From the NCBI GenBank assembly GCA_963840035.1, contig CAWIXE010000002.1, forward strand, positions 1,472,001 to 1,536,000: a stretch of DNA of 64,000 nucleotides, written 5' to 3'. Both the position numbers and the translations under genes were made by a program. Within the stretch, counting starts at the first letter, position 1. The number at the start of each line of letters is the position of its first letter. Shown one piece after another: positions 25,326-34,120 of the stretch. The notes under the pieces were generated by a model, which saw only the letters and a list, made by a program, of their open reading frames with translations, did no database searches and had not been told where the DNA came from. The DNA comes from a candidate division FCPU426 bacterium (GTDB taxonomy: Bacteria > Oederibacteriota > PGYV01 > Palsa-1178).

Positions 25326-27284
25326 TTACCAAGTTATATCGTCAAAGTACCAGTTACCGGTTCCATCAGCGTCAGTGGGCACCGCAGAACCCTTATAAAC
25401 CTGATAATAAATCTTAAATATACTGGTTGTAGCAGCGGGAACTGTGTACGAAGTTGATATCCATCCGTCAGTTGTTCCATCCGCTGTATCATTGGCCCTC
25501 GTTAGTGCTACATAACCTCCCGAAACCTCTGCATAAGTTGTATTATTTTGAACATGTATCCCTAACATATATACATCCGTACTGCCTGTATAATTATCGA
25601 GTACAGCGTCCGGCGCTTTTATCCTTATCGTAACCACCTTGCCGCTAAAATCCGTAGCGGGAATTTCACGGACTATATTCATAACTGAATTCACCGGACT
25701 AAATACCCCGTTAACCCTCATTGAACCTTTTGGGGTTCCGTAACCCACGGTCGAATCCCACGATAAAGATGTCGCCGCGTTTTGTCCATAGAAGTTTGCT
25801 GTCTGCGCTGTGTCAAAGTGGTACTGCCCTTCTACGAACGGCGCTCCGAACTGGATTGTATCAAAATATATGGCTCCGGCAAAAGCATCATTCCACATAT
25901 TGATCCCTATTTCCTTGACATCCGCCGGATCAGTCGCGGTCGATCCGTCAAACCGCAGTTCTGTCCAGGTGCCTGCCGCAAAATAAATTTCAGGCCCCTC
26001 AACAGTAGTCCAGGTGCCGCCGCTTTTCACATATATCTTTCCGCCTTTATAACCCGGGTAGGTTAATGGCACCCAGACCCTTACATATATCCATTTGCCA
26101 GTAATGTCACGCGCTCCGGCAATACCAACTGATGCGCCGCCGGTGGCAGTATAGTTCATGTCCGCTTTAAGCGAATATGAGCCTGTAAACGCGTGGTCAG
26201 TAGATGCTGAAAGTCCCACAGTATATCCGGAAATTACCGACCATCCTTCAACTGTCGCGCTTTCAAAATCATACAGGTTCGGGTCCGGAGAATTTGTTAT
26301 TGTAACATCATCTATCTGTATAGGTCCGGAATAAGCGACCGCGCTGTTATTCCTGCTTATCATAACTCCGACTTCGGTAATACCCGCGGCATTTACCGTC
26401 CCGGCTTTGTCCACATCAAATGAAAACAACTGCCAGCCTGAAGCTGTAATATTGATCCACTGTGCGTTCCATCCGGGTGTTTTTGCCACAACCTGGATTC
26501 CATAACCCTGATTTGCGATTGCCACAGGGATATTAACCCATACATTTAAAGTCTTGCCTGTAAGGTTTATAGGGAATGCTGCAAGGTTGTAATAAACAAG
26601 TCCCTGTGCAGTTAATGACCCGGTGAAATCAAATGTCCCGTATATTGAACCAGAACCGGTATGCGCGTTTGCCGCATTACCGTCCCACGTTACCGCCGTG
26701 CAAGCAAGATCAGTCACTGTGTCATTTACCCAGCCCATAGAGTCAGATTCAAAATGCCAGTCCGGCCCGGTCGCGCTCATAGGTGTGTTCGTAGTGGTAG
26801 CTGTGGCAGTCGCCGTTGATGACGCAGTCTCTGTGTTTGACGAAGTTGCCGTGGGTGACTCTGAATTAGTTGCCGTGAATGTCGGAGACACTGAGAACGT
26901 AGGCGTGATGGTAGGCGTGTCAGTATCAGTGGATCCCGGAGGAACTTCAGTATTGGTTTCTGTCGCTGTTTTAGTAACAGTAAATGAAGGTGTCGGCGAG
27001 ACAGTCATAGTTGACGATGGCGTTGCTGTTTGCGTGGCGCTTGAAGTGACCGTCCTCGTGGAAGAAGGTGTGACAGTCCTTGAAGGCGTCGAAGTCCTTG
27101 TCCTTGTATTAGTCCCTGTTGATAGCATTGTGCTTGTTTTGGTGAATGTGGGGGTTACAGTGCGTGTGGACGTCGCGTTAATAGGCGCAAGCGGGTTTCT
27201 TTTTTTGCTGCAGGACGCTGAAAAAATTCCTCCCACAACTAATAATACGCATAATGAAGCAACTACAACTGTCCTGATTTTCAT
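25326..27284 (-). CDS. Surface lipoprotein with a ~140-aa Thr/Ser/Pro stalk and three CBM-like modules
   Basis: Lipobox SASC; TPT-rich region; modules starting WHFESD, YDFESA and YHFDTA and ending IDDVTI, FDTIQF and FDDITW. Confidence 0.78.
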   Translation of the reverse strand: MKIRTVVVASLCVLLVVGGIFSASCSKKRNPLAPINATSTRTVTPTFTKTSTMLSTGTNTRTRTSTPSRTVTPSSTRTVTSSATQTATPSSTMTVSPTPSFTVTKTATETNTEVPPGSTDTDTPTITPTFSVSPTFTATNSESPTATSSNTETASSTATATATTTNTPMSATGPDWHFESDSMGWVNDTVTDLACTAVTWDGNAANAHTGSGSIYGTFDFTGSLTAQGLVYYNLAAFPINLTGKTLNVWVNIPVAIANQGYGIQVVAKTPGWNAQWINITASGWQLFSFDVDKAGTVNAAGITEVGVMISRNNSAVAYSGPIQIDDVTITNSPDPNLYDFESATVEGWSVISGYTVGLSASTDHAFTGSYSLKADMNYTATGGASVGIAGARDITGKWIYVRVWVPLTYPGYKGGKIYVKSGGTWTTVEGPEIYFAAGTWTELRFDGSTATDPADVKEIGINMWNDAFAGAIYFDTIQFGAPFVEGQYHFDTAQTANFYGQNAATSLSWDSTVGYGTPKGSMRVNGVFSPVNSVMNIVREIPATDFSGKVVTIRIKAPDAVLDNYTGSTDVYMLGIHVQNNTTYAEVSGGYVALTRANDTADGTTDGWISTSYTVPAATTSIFKIYYQVYKGSAVPTDADGTGNWYFDDITW

Positions 27285-27320
27285 AAACCCTCCTCAGAAT
27301 AAATATGACTGAACAAAACG

Positions 27321-27349
27321 ATTATACTTACGAAAACGCTTTTTGTCAA
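27321..27349 (-). promoter_or_regulatory. Consensus sigma70 promoter TTGACA-17-TATAAT with a LacI-type operator in the spacer
   Basis: -35 at 27344-27349, -10 at 27321-27326, CGAAAACGCTTTT at 27331-27343. Confidence 0.8.
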
Positions 27350-27409
27350 ATAGTTTTTATTGCCTCTAAAGTATATGCTAATCCAAAATCTAGAATCCAG
27401 AATCCGTTA

Positions 27410-28321
27410 TTATCTGTATTTAAAGCTTGTCTGTATCCTTAAAGTATTATCTAGCCTCTCAAAAGCATAAGAAGCGTCTAAATTCATGGAAAATTCCTTT
27501 TTCTGTCCGAACTGGAAGTGGCCTATGCCAAAACCGAGCATGTATTCCCTGTTTGATTCCATTGTCAATGCCTGCGAAAAACCGCAGCGCAGGTCTACAA
27601 TCCCAAACATCAATTTTTCAACGCCAACTTTGACCACGTCCAGGTCTGAAAGCGTTGCTGAAAGAGTCAAGTCCTTAACCCCGTATTTTATGCCTATGTC
27701 CGTTGTAAGCGCTGCGCCTTCCAGCGTGGTCGCGTTATCCGTGGTCCACCAAATGGCGGAGATCGCGTCACGCACCATCATACCAAGCTGTAATTCCGGC
27801 GTAACTGCCCAGAGCGCCCCAAAATCCACGCCTAATCCGCCCGCATGACCGGTTACCTTATCAGTACCTCCGCCGATGTTCGTGCCGTATCCGGCAAACT
27901 GCAGTTTAAAGTTAAATCCAAGGCATATTCCCTTTACAACCTGCTGCAGCCAGTCAAGTTTTGTAGCGGCGGCTATGCCAACGGTAGTTTCATTGTAAAG
28001 GCTGTCGCCGTCAACGATAACGCCGACGCCCGCTGCTATCATTTCATTAATCGGTATCCCGAGAGCCGCGTAATTATAAGGAATGATGTTTTTATACTTT
28101 GTATACATGAAGCTGAATTCCTTATACTCGGCGTTTATAAGCCCCGCCGGATTATAAAATACAGCCGACGCGTCATCTGCCACAGCCGTAAAAGCCCCGC
28201 CCATTCCGGTCGCCCTTGCCGTGCCTATGCTTATGAAGGAACCCGGGGTTGCCGGTATTGCACCCGCGCAAAACTGCGCCAGGCTTATTATTAAAAGTGC
28301 CGCTGCCAGTATTCTTTTCAT
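27410..28321 (-). CDS. PorV/PorQ (FadL-like) outer-membrane beta-barrel protein
   Basis: Signal peptide; ARATGMGGAFTAVADDASAVFYNPAGL motif. Confidence 0.82.
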   Translation of the reverse strand: MKRILAAALLIISLAQFCAGAIPATPGSFISIGTARATGMGGAFTAVADDASAVFYNPAGLINAEYKEFSFMYTKYKNIIPYNYAALGIPINEMIAAGVGVIVDGDSLYNETTVGIAAATKLDWLQQVVKGICLGFNFKLQFAGYGTNIGGGTDKVTGHAGGLGVDFGALWAVTPELQLGMMVRDAISAIWWTTDNATTLEGAALTTDIGIKYGVKDLTLSATLSDLDVVKVGVEKLMFGIVDLRCGFSQALTMESNREYMLGFGIGHFQFGQKKEFSMNLDASYAFERLDNTLRIQTSFKYR

Positions 28322-28330
28322 GTTTTCCTC

Positions 28331-28729
28331 CTATTTCGCCAGCACTATGCTGAATAAATTCTGTTTTTTTCCTTTAAAATCTTCCACTTCAATCTTTAGT
28401 ATATACCTTCCGTTTTGGCAAAGTTTGCCTTTGCTGTCGCGTCCGTCCCAGGCATCATTATTTAACGATACCGCCGACCTTAACAATCCTCCGACAAGCG
28501 TCCTGATTTCCTTGCCGGCAAGGTTATATATGACTAACGTGGCCTTGATATTAGACGCTCCGGATTCAGTGTCAATCGTGTAGCTTATGTTCGTAACGCC
28601 CGCGCCTTTATGCGGTGAAAAAGGATTTGGCGAGATATCTACCGAACCAATGGCAAGCTTGCCGGCGCCGGCAAACACAGCAGAAAAGCAGGCCGCCATC
28701 ATGACTGAAATCATTAATATTTTTTTCAT
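28331..28729 (-). CDS. Secreted stand-alone FlgD-Ig / T9SS-CTD-like domain protein
   Basis: Signal peptide; SPNPFSP..ISYTI..IYNLAGKEIRTL..WDGRD..G..NGRYI. Confidence 0.8.
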   Translation of the reverse strand: MKKILMISVMMAACFSAVFAGAGKLAIGSVDISPNPFSPHKGAGVTNISYTIDTESGASNIKATLVIYNLAGKEIRTLVGGLLRSAVSLNNDAWDGRDSKGKLCQNGRYILKIEVEDFKGKKQNLFSIVLAK

Positions 28730-28744
28730 TTTTCCTCCAGTGAA

Positions 28745-30232
28745 TTAAAAAGTATATGTAATCGCGGTCTTAGCGATCGGCATCGGTACGGCAAGGACTT
28801 CTATCTCATATTTTATGTTGTCGCCCACCGGTATAACGCAGCCGGCTGAAAGCGTGGGTATGGCCGTCCATGAAATGGTTTTGTTGCCGTCTTTGGTCTT
28901 GCTCCAGATCCTGGCGTATATTGCGCCGCCACCTATCTGGAAATAGCTGAAATTCAGGCCGAGTCTTACATCGTCCATCATCTGAACGTGGTATTCACCG
29001 GACTTGTCAGGGTCAACAATATAATTGCCAAAACCGTCATTTTTCAGGGCGCTGTATTTTAAGGACAGGTCGTCAATGTAGCGGGTATAGTTCAGATTCA
29101 TTACCATTCCCGCCTTAAAAGCAAATGTTAATCTGAAAAACGACGGGAGCTTCATTTTAAGGGTGCCTTTTTGTTCAGCAGTACGTAACTCTGTTACTAT
29201 GTTTGAAACATCCATATTATAAGGTATCTGAGCAAGAAGCGCGTGATATGTCGCGTTAACATCGCCGGAAAATGTTATTTCCGGGGCCACGGAAAAATCC
29301 GCGCCAAGTTCAATAGTATCCTTAAGGAAATGATAGCTTGTTCCGAACCTTAAGCCCCATGCGTCACCAGACAGATTAACGGACCCGTACTGGGTCATGC
29401 TGTTATATGTAGCTGAGTTAAAATCAACCGTTGTACTGTTCTGATGGTTTGTCAGCGAGCCTTCCAGCCTGGCATCGGCCAACCCGCTTATGGAAGATTC
29501 ATAATGCTCAAGCACAGCGCCCACACCCCACTCGGGCGTGAATTTTCTTCCAATACCGACGGATGTAACAATATTTTTCATTTCAAGGCTTGCGGCTGTG
29601 TCCGCAGTTATAGTGACCGACATATTCACGTCAAAAGGCGGCGTTGTAAGCGGGTCAGAAATACCCACCAGCGTCCGAAGCCCATTTTGAAGGACGCTTA
29701 AATCCAGGGAAAGTTTGTTTTCCCTGGCAAAAGCAATCGATGCCTGGTTCTTCGCGAACGGCACCATTATCTCAAATCCCGTAAACCCGATCTGTTGTTC
29801 AAAATTTGCAGAAGCGTTACTCAATGTAAATTCAACCCCCGGCGCCACGTTAAAATCGCCCATTGAATCTGTCACGTTGGTTTTAAATCCGTCTTTTATC
29901 AGCGAAGCCACGCTCTTAGGCATAAACTTCTCAATTATACCGCTGGAAAAAATCGGAACCGGTATGTACCCTATGGAAGCTACTGCCGCGTTTTGAAATG
30001 AAAGACAGGCCGGGTTATATGATGTAAAACTCTGGTTGAAATCAAGGGTTGACTGGGCGCCGCCCATCCTTAGAGCATCGCCTCTGGAACCATAGAGCCA
30101 ATCCGTATTAAAGCCCATGTATACCTTAAAATCACCGCCGGTAAAGCTATTGATGGAAAACTTAGTGTCGGCAAAAAGGCTGCCGGCCATAAATGACAGG
30201 AAAATAAGAGAAATAATTGTTATTTTTTTCAT
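28745..30232 (-). CDS. Large FadL/PorV-like outer-membrane beta-barrel protein
   Basis: Signal peptide; ALRMGGA..YNPACL motif; alternating beta-strand pattern; C-terminal YTF. Confidence 0.65.
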   Translation of the reverse strand: MKKITIISLIFLSFMAGSLFADTKFSINSFTGGDFKVYMGFNTDWLYGSRGDALRMGGAQSTLDFNQSFTSYNPACLSFQNAAVASIGYIPVPIFSSGIIEKFMPKSVASLIKDGFKTNVTDSMGDFNVAPGVEFTLSNASANFEQQIGFTGFEIMVPFAKNQASIAFARENKLSLDLSVLQNGLRTLVGISDPLTTPPFDVNMSVTITADTAASLEMKNIVTSVGIGRKFTPEWGVGAVLEHYESSISGLADARLEGSLTNHQNSTTVDFNSATYNSMTQYGSVNLSGDAWGLRFGTSYHFLKDTIELGADFSVAPEITFSGDVNATYHALLAQIPYNMDVSNIVTELRTAEQKGTLKMKLPSFFRLTFAFKAGMVMNLNYTRYIDDLSLKYSALKNDGFGNYIVDPDKSGEYHVQMMDDVRLGLNFSYFQIGGGAIYARIWSKTKDGNKTISWTAIPTLSAGCVIPVGDNIKYEIEVLAVPMPIAKTAITYTF

Positions 30233-30373
30233 AAATCCTCCGTTTATAAGGTTTTTCCCTTGTTTATATATAATGAAATTATACCTTATTATATAGGGTT
30301 GTCAATATGGATTTAAAAACACCATTGACTATTGTCAATTGGCGATTGAATATTAAGGCCATAAATAGAAAAA

Positions 30374-30432
30374 GGATTGTGAATTCCACTGATAGTCCGC
30401 ACATGCAATGCAAGACCCGGAATCCACAACCC
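30374..30432 (-). terminator. Long hairpin followed by a U-tract; terminator or small structured RNA
   Basis: GGGTTGTGGATTCC pairs with GGAATTCACAATCC on the minus strand (14 bp, 2 G-U), followed by TTTTTC. Confidence 0.5.
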
Positions 30433-30515
30433 GTATACCTCACCCCTATATCCATTCTTTAAATGCACTATTTGCCCTTAATTGTAAATTGAAAATAGAA
30501 AATTAAAAATCCGCC

Positions 30516-30875
30516 CTACTTATCCCCTTCCATAAAATCCAGTAATTCTGCCGTAATCAGTTTCTTATATATCTTCCCATACTCCTGTTTATGTATCCAT
30601 ACAGCCTCATCTATCGCGTGCCTTACATCGTCGTTATCATGCTCTATGATTTCCAGCTCATTATCCGCCCCTAATTTGTGTATTTTTAGCACATTTAGCT
30701 CCTCCAGGCGCAGGCATGTCTCTTTAAGCTTTGCCGCAGGAATCTTTAGCAGCTCGGATAAACGCGTGGCGTTTATCCTTTTCTGGTTATGATGCTTGTT
30801 ATAACATATTATACCCAATGCTTCCCTGGTGGATAATAGCTCCTTTAAGTCGGACTGGCTTTTGGAATCATCCAT
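30516..30875 (-). CDS. Hypothetical protein, possible winged-helix DNA-binding domain
   Basis: INATRLSELLKIPAAKLKETCLRLEELNVL HTH-like pattern; own consensus promoter at 30908-30936. Confidence 0.6.
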   Translation of the reverse strand: MDDSKSQSDLKELLSTREALGIICYNKHHNQKRINATRLSELLKIPAAKLKETCLRLEELNVLKIHKLGADNELEIIEHDNDDVRHAIDEAVWIHKQEYGKIYKKLITAELLDFMEGDK

Positions 30876-30907
30876 AATAACACCGCCCTATTTGTATTTA
30901 CATATAG

Positions 30908-30936
30908 ATTATACCTTAGCAACACGGTTATGTCAA
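30908..30936 (-). promoter_or_regulatory. Consensus sigma70 promoter
   Basis: TTGACA (30931-30936), 17-bp spacer, TATAAT (30908-30913). Confidence 0.75.
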
Positions 30937-31058
30937 GTTTTTTGTCAGTAATTAACTTTCTAACAAAAATACTAAAACTTACAAATCGTATTACTTCTTG
31001 TTAATACTTTTTTGGATTCTAATCCATACCCTCAATATGGATTGATGTGTTTTTCCCC

Positions 31059-31652
31059 TTATACCTTTGAAATCTCATTCCATAGTTCTATGGTTGACCT
31101 GTGAATTTTTAATCCGCTTTTTAAAAGGTAAATCATTTTTTCTTTTACAACATTTTTAACCAGCATATCCAGGCTTGTTTTCCTGACTTTTAAAAGTTTC
31201 CTGAGCCTTATTGAAGACATATACTTCCTGTTATATTCGGTATAATCCGCGACATATATTATTTTTTCAAGTCCGCTCATTTTAACGCTTCCGGCTGTAT
31301 GCTTTTTAATCGCCCGGAGTATTTCAGTGTCCTTAATCCCGAATATCAGTTTCGCCCCGTACGGTGCCGTAAAACTGTGCCATAATTCCTTTACCTGTTT
31401 TGAAACATCATCCATTTTTATGTCAAATTCTTTTATATATTTTTCAGCCTGCGGCCTGGTAAAATCCTTCGTGCAATCATGCACAAATCCGGCTATCGCG
31501 GCTTTTTCCGGGCTGTATCCGTATTTCTGCGCCAGATACGCCGCTGTTTTTGCCACGCCCACCGAATGCACATACCTTTTCCTGCTGATAAGCGCCCTTA
31601 ATTTTTTATCCATCGCCTTATTTATATAAGGCGTTATGTCCACATGCTTCAT
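31059..31652 (-). CDS. yqeK: HD-domain Ap4A hydrolase (YqeK family)
   Basis: RYVHSVGV, AGFVHDCTK, LWH, IKKHTAG, IIYVADYTE; start moved to ATG 31652 (ATGA overlap). Confidence 0.85.
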   Translation of the reverse strand: MKHVDITPYINKAMDKKLRALISRKRYVHSVGVAKTAAYLAQKYGYSPEKAAIAGFVHDCTKDFTRPQAEKYIKEFDIKMDDVSKQVKELWHSFTAPYGAKLIFGIKDTEILRAIKKHTAGSVKMSGLEKIIYVADYTEYNRKYMSSIRLRKLLKVRKTSLDMLVKNVVKEKMIYLLKSGLKIHRSTIELWNEISKV

Positions 31653-31825
31653 TTTGCGGTTCTTAATATCCAGTACACGAGGAACATAAGCGGGATTAAT
31701 ATCAGTGTCGCCCTGAAGATAAGCCTTTTTGCGCGCTCCGAAAGCCCGAGCGCCCATATCCTGTGTTCATGTTCCGCGATGTCAAGTTTCTTCACAACTT
31801 TTTTAGCCTTTTTTGCCTTAGCCAT
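31649..31825 (-). CDS. Small membrane protein (58 aa)
   Basis: GGAGGT SD, basic N-terminus MAKAKKAKK, C-terminal TM helix; translationally coupled to yqeK. Confidence 0.65.
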   Translation of the reverse strand: MAKAKKAKKVVKKLDIAEHEHRIWALGLSERAKRLIFRATLILIPLMFLVYWILRTAK

Positions 31826-31922
31826 CCGACACCTCCGTTTTATTCGCGCATCCGCAACAGTCAATGTATTTTACACATTTATCAGTAATTAGTCATTAGT
31901 AATTAGTAACTGTTTTTAAGAA

Positions 31923-32837
31923 CTACTCCTGAAGCGTGGTAAAGAGCACGCCTCTCATGACCTGTTTTTGGAATATGGCAAAGAGCACAATCGTGGGTAT
32001 CATGGAAATTGTTACCGCCGCCATGACCACGTTCCATGGCTGCCCTTCCTCTATTATCTTGTATATGCCCAGCATAAGGGTGTAAATCCCGGGTTCATTG
32101 ACAACGATAAGCGGCCAGAAAAACGAGTTCCATATGTTTACAAAGGTAAGTATGGATAATACCGTTATAATCGGCCTTGAGATTGGCAGGATAATTTTAA
32201 AAAATATGGATGTTTCGCTGTATCCGTCAACCCTGGCAGCTTCAATAAAATCATTCGGCAGTTTGTCAAAAAAGCTTTTCATGATAAAAATATTGAAGGC
32301 GTTCGCGAGCCCCGGCAGTATCATCGCCCAGTAGGTGTTTATCAGGTTGATTTTTAACAGGCCAAGGATGGAAAAATCGCGCATGAAAAGGTAAAGCGGT
32401 ATGGCTATGGTTTCAAACGGTATCATTATGGTGGAAAGCAGGAGCAGCATTATCACCTGGTATGCGGGCGGTTTGAGCTTTGAAAGCGAATACGCCGCCA
32501 TGGCGGAAATTATTATCTGCCCCGCCACTACAGCTCCGGCAACCAAAATACTGTTGAAAAAATACCAGGGGAAAGGGGCAATCTCCCACGCTTTGACAAA
32601 ATGCGAAAATTCCGGGGTAAACTCAGTAAAGACTTTTGTCAGCGGGGCGAATATCATCGATGTCGGCATAAGCGCCGTTATTAACATCCATATAAAAGGA
32701 ATGGATGTAAGTATTGCCCCGATTATCACAACCACTCCCCATATCCTGTAGATAAGGACATTTTTCGGATCCTTCATTTCGTATACGGGGAACAGGTATC
32801 TTCCCTCTTCCCGGGAGGGCCTCTTTTTATCAGCCAT
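31923..32837 (-). CDS. Carbohydrate ABC transporter permease (MalG-type)
   Basis: FIEAARVDG, WNSFFWPLIV. Confidence 0.92.
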   Translation of the reverse strand: MADKKRPSREEGRYLFPVYEMKDPKNVLIYRIWGVVVIIGAILTSIPFIWMLITALMPTSMIFAPLTKVFTEFTPEFSHFVKAWEIAPFPWYFFNSILVAGAVVAGQIIISAMAAYSLSKLKPPAYQVIMLLLLSTIMIPFETIAIPLYLFMRDFSILGLLKINLINTYWAMILPGLANAFNIFIMKSFFDKLPNDFIEAARVDGYSETSIFFKIILPISRPIITVLSILTFVNIWNSFFWPLIVVNEPGIYTLMLGIYKIIEEGQPWNVVMAAVTISMIPTIVLFAIFQKQVMRGVLFTTLQE

Positions 32838-34120
32838 TAGTTGCCGCTCCTTTTTGTGTTTGTCAGGTTCATCCTGAAGAGAGTTATCATCACAAGCACT
32901 ATCAGGAAGAATACCGCTACGCCTGAAGCGTAACCTATGTCCATATATAGGAATGCTTTTTTATACATATATGTTGCTATGACTTCCGAAGCGCCCACGG
33001 GGCTGCCGTTTGTCATTATGTAAACCTCGGAGAAAACCTGCATCCCGTTTATAATCTGTATGAATACCACAGCCATAATGACGGGCACGAGCGCCGGCAG
33101 GATTATCTGGCGTATTTTGGTCCATACCCCGGCTCCATTTAAGGCCGCGTCTTCAAAAAGATTCTTAGGTATGTTCTGCAGCCCGGCCATATAAATGAGC
33201 ATGGCCCATCCCGTATTTTTCCATATAAATACAAGCGCTATTGAAAAAAGCACCAGATTCGGGTCGGTCAGCCAGCCAACTGCCACAGTTTTTCCGGCAA
33301 TCAATGATAACACGCCGTTTATAAGCCCGAATCCCTGGCTGTACATCCATTTCCACAGGATTGCGGCCGGTACGGCCGGCGTAAGAAACGGAATAAAGTA
33401 AAGTATCTTTAAGATGCCGGAGCCCTTCCTTATTTCATATACATATAATGCCAGGAAAAGCGGAATCCAGGTACCGAGCACTATTACAATGACCGAAAGC
33501 AGCGCTGAATGCATGCACGCGTCCCAGAATTTCTGGTCTGTAAGTATATTGACGAAATTAGCCAGCCCCACAAACACGGATTTATGTATGGTCTCAAACT
33601 TCTGGAAGCTTATTACAAAAGTCTTTAGTATAGGCATCCATGAGAAAAGCAGCAAAACCAGTATGGCCGGGAGGACAAGCTCTATCCCGAGGAAATCCTT
33701 CATCAGCTTGTACATCTTCAGTTTTTTCTGGTCCTGTTTATTAAGCTCAGGAAGGGGTTTTGATTCCCTGTAGCGCGGCGCGACTTCACGTATGGCCATG
33801 CCAAAGCGCCTGTACCTGAACGCGGTCCTTAATTTTTGTGATGTGGAAAGGCTGTCAGGAAGCTTTATAACAGATTCCTGTTTTTCCCCGGTAAGGTTTT
33901 TTGAGCCAAGCACGTGGAATATGGAGCCTGCCGGCTTCTCCTTTTTTTCCTTCTTTTTGGCGAAGTCAACCACGTTCTCGGAAGTCGGGGCAAGTTTAAG
34001 CTTAATAATGGGCAGGGCCACATCCTCTTTCTTATGGCTTTTTAACTCATCATCAACCATGCCCTTTATTGCATTCTCTGAAAGGTCGCTGCCTACTTTT
34101 CCGAATATATCGTCACTCAT
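32837..34120 (-). CDS. Carbohydrate ABC transporter permease (MalF-type) with a ~140-aa charged N-terminal extension
   Basis: YMAGLQNIPKNLFEDAALNGA; coupled to the SBP stop codon. Confidence 0.88.
   Translation of the reverse strand: MSDDIFGKVGSDLSENAIKGMVDDELKSHKKEDVALPIIKLKLAPTSENVVDFAKKKEKKEKPAGSIFHVLGSKNLTGEKQESVIKLPDSLSTSQKLRTAFRYRRFGMAIREVAPRYRESKPLPELNKQDQKKLKMYKLMKDFLGIELVLPAILVLLLFSWMPILKTFVISFQKFETIHKSVFVGLANFVNILTDQKFWDACMHSALLSVIVIVLGTWIPLFLALYVYEIRKGSGILKILYFIPFLTPAVPAAILWKWMYSQGFGLINGVLSLIAGKTVAVGWLTDPNLVLFSIALVFIWKNTGWAMLIYMAGLQNIPKNLFEDAALNGAGVWTKIRQIILPALVPVIMAVVFIQIINGMQVFSEVYIMTNGSPVGASEVIATYMYKKAFLYMDIGYASGVAVFFLIVLVMITLFRMNLTNTKRSGN

Noticed and set aside
26623..27312. 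229-aa Val-rich plus-strand ORF
   Set aside because: Antisense shadow of the Thr-rich stalk codons of the lipoprotein.
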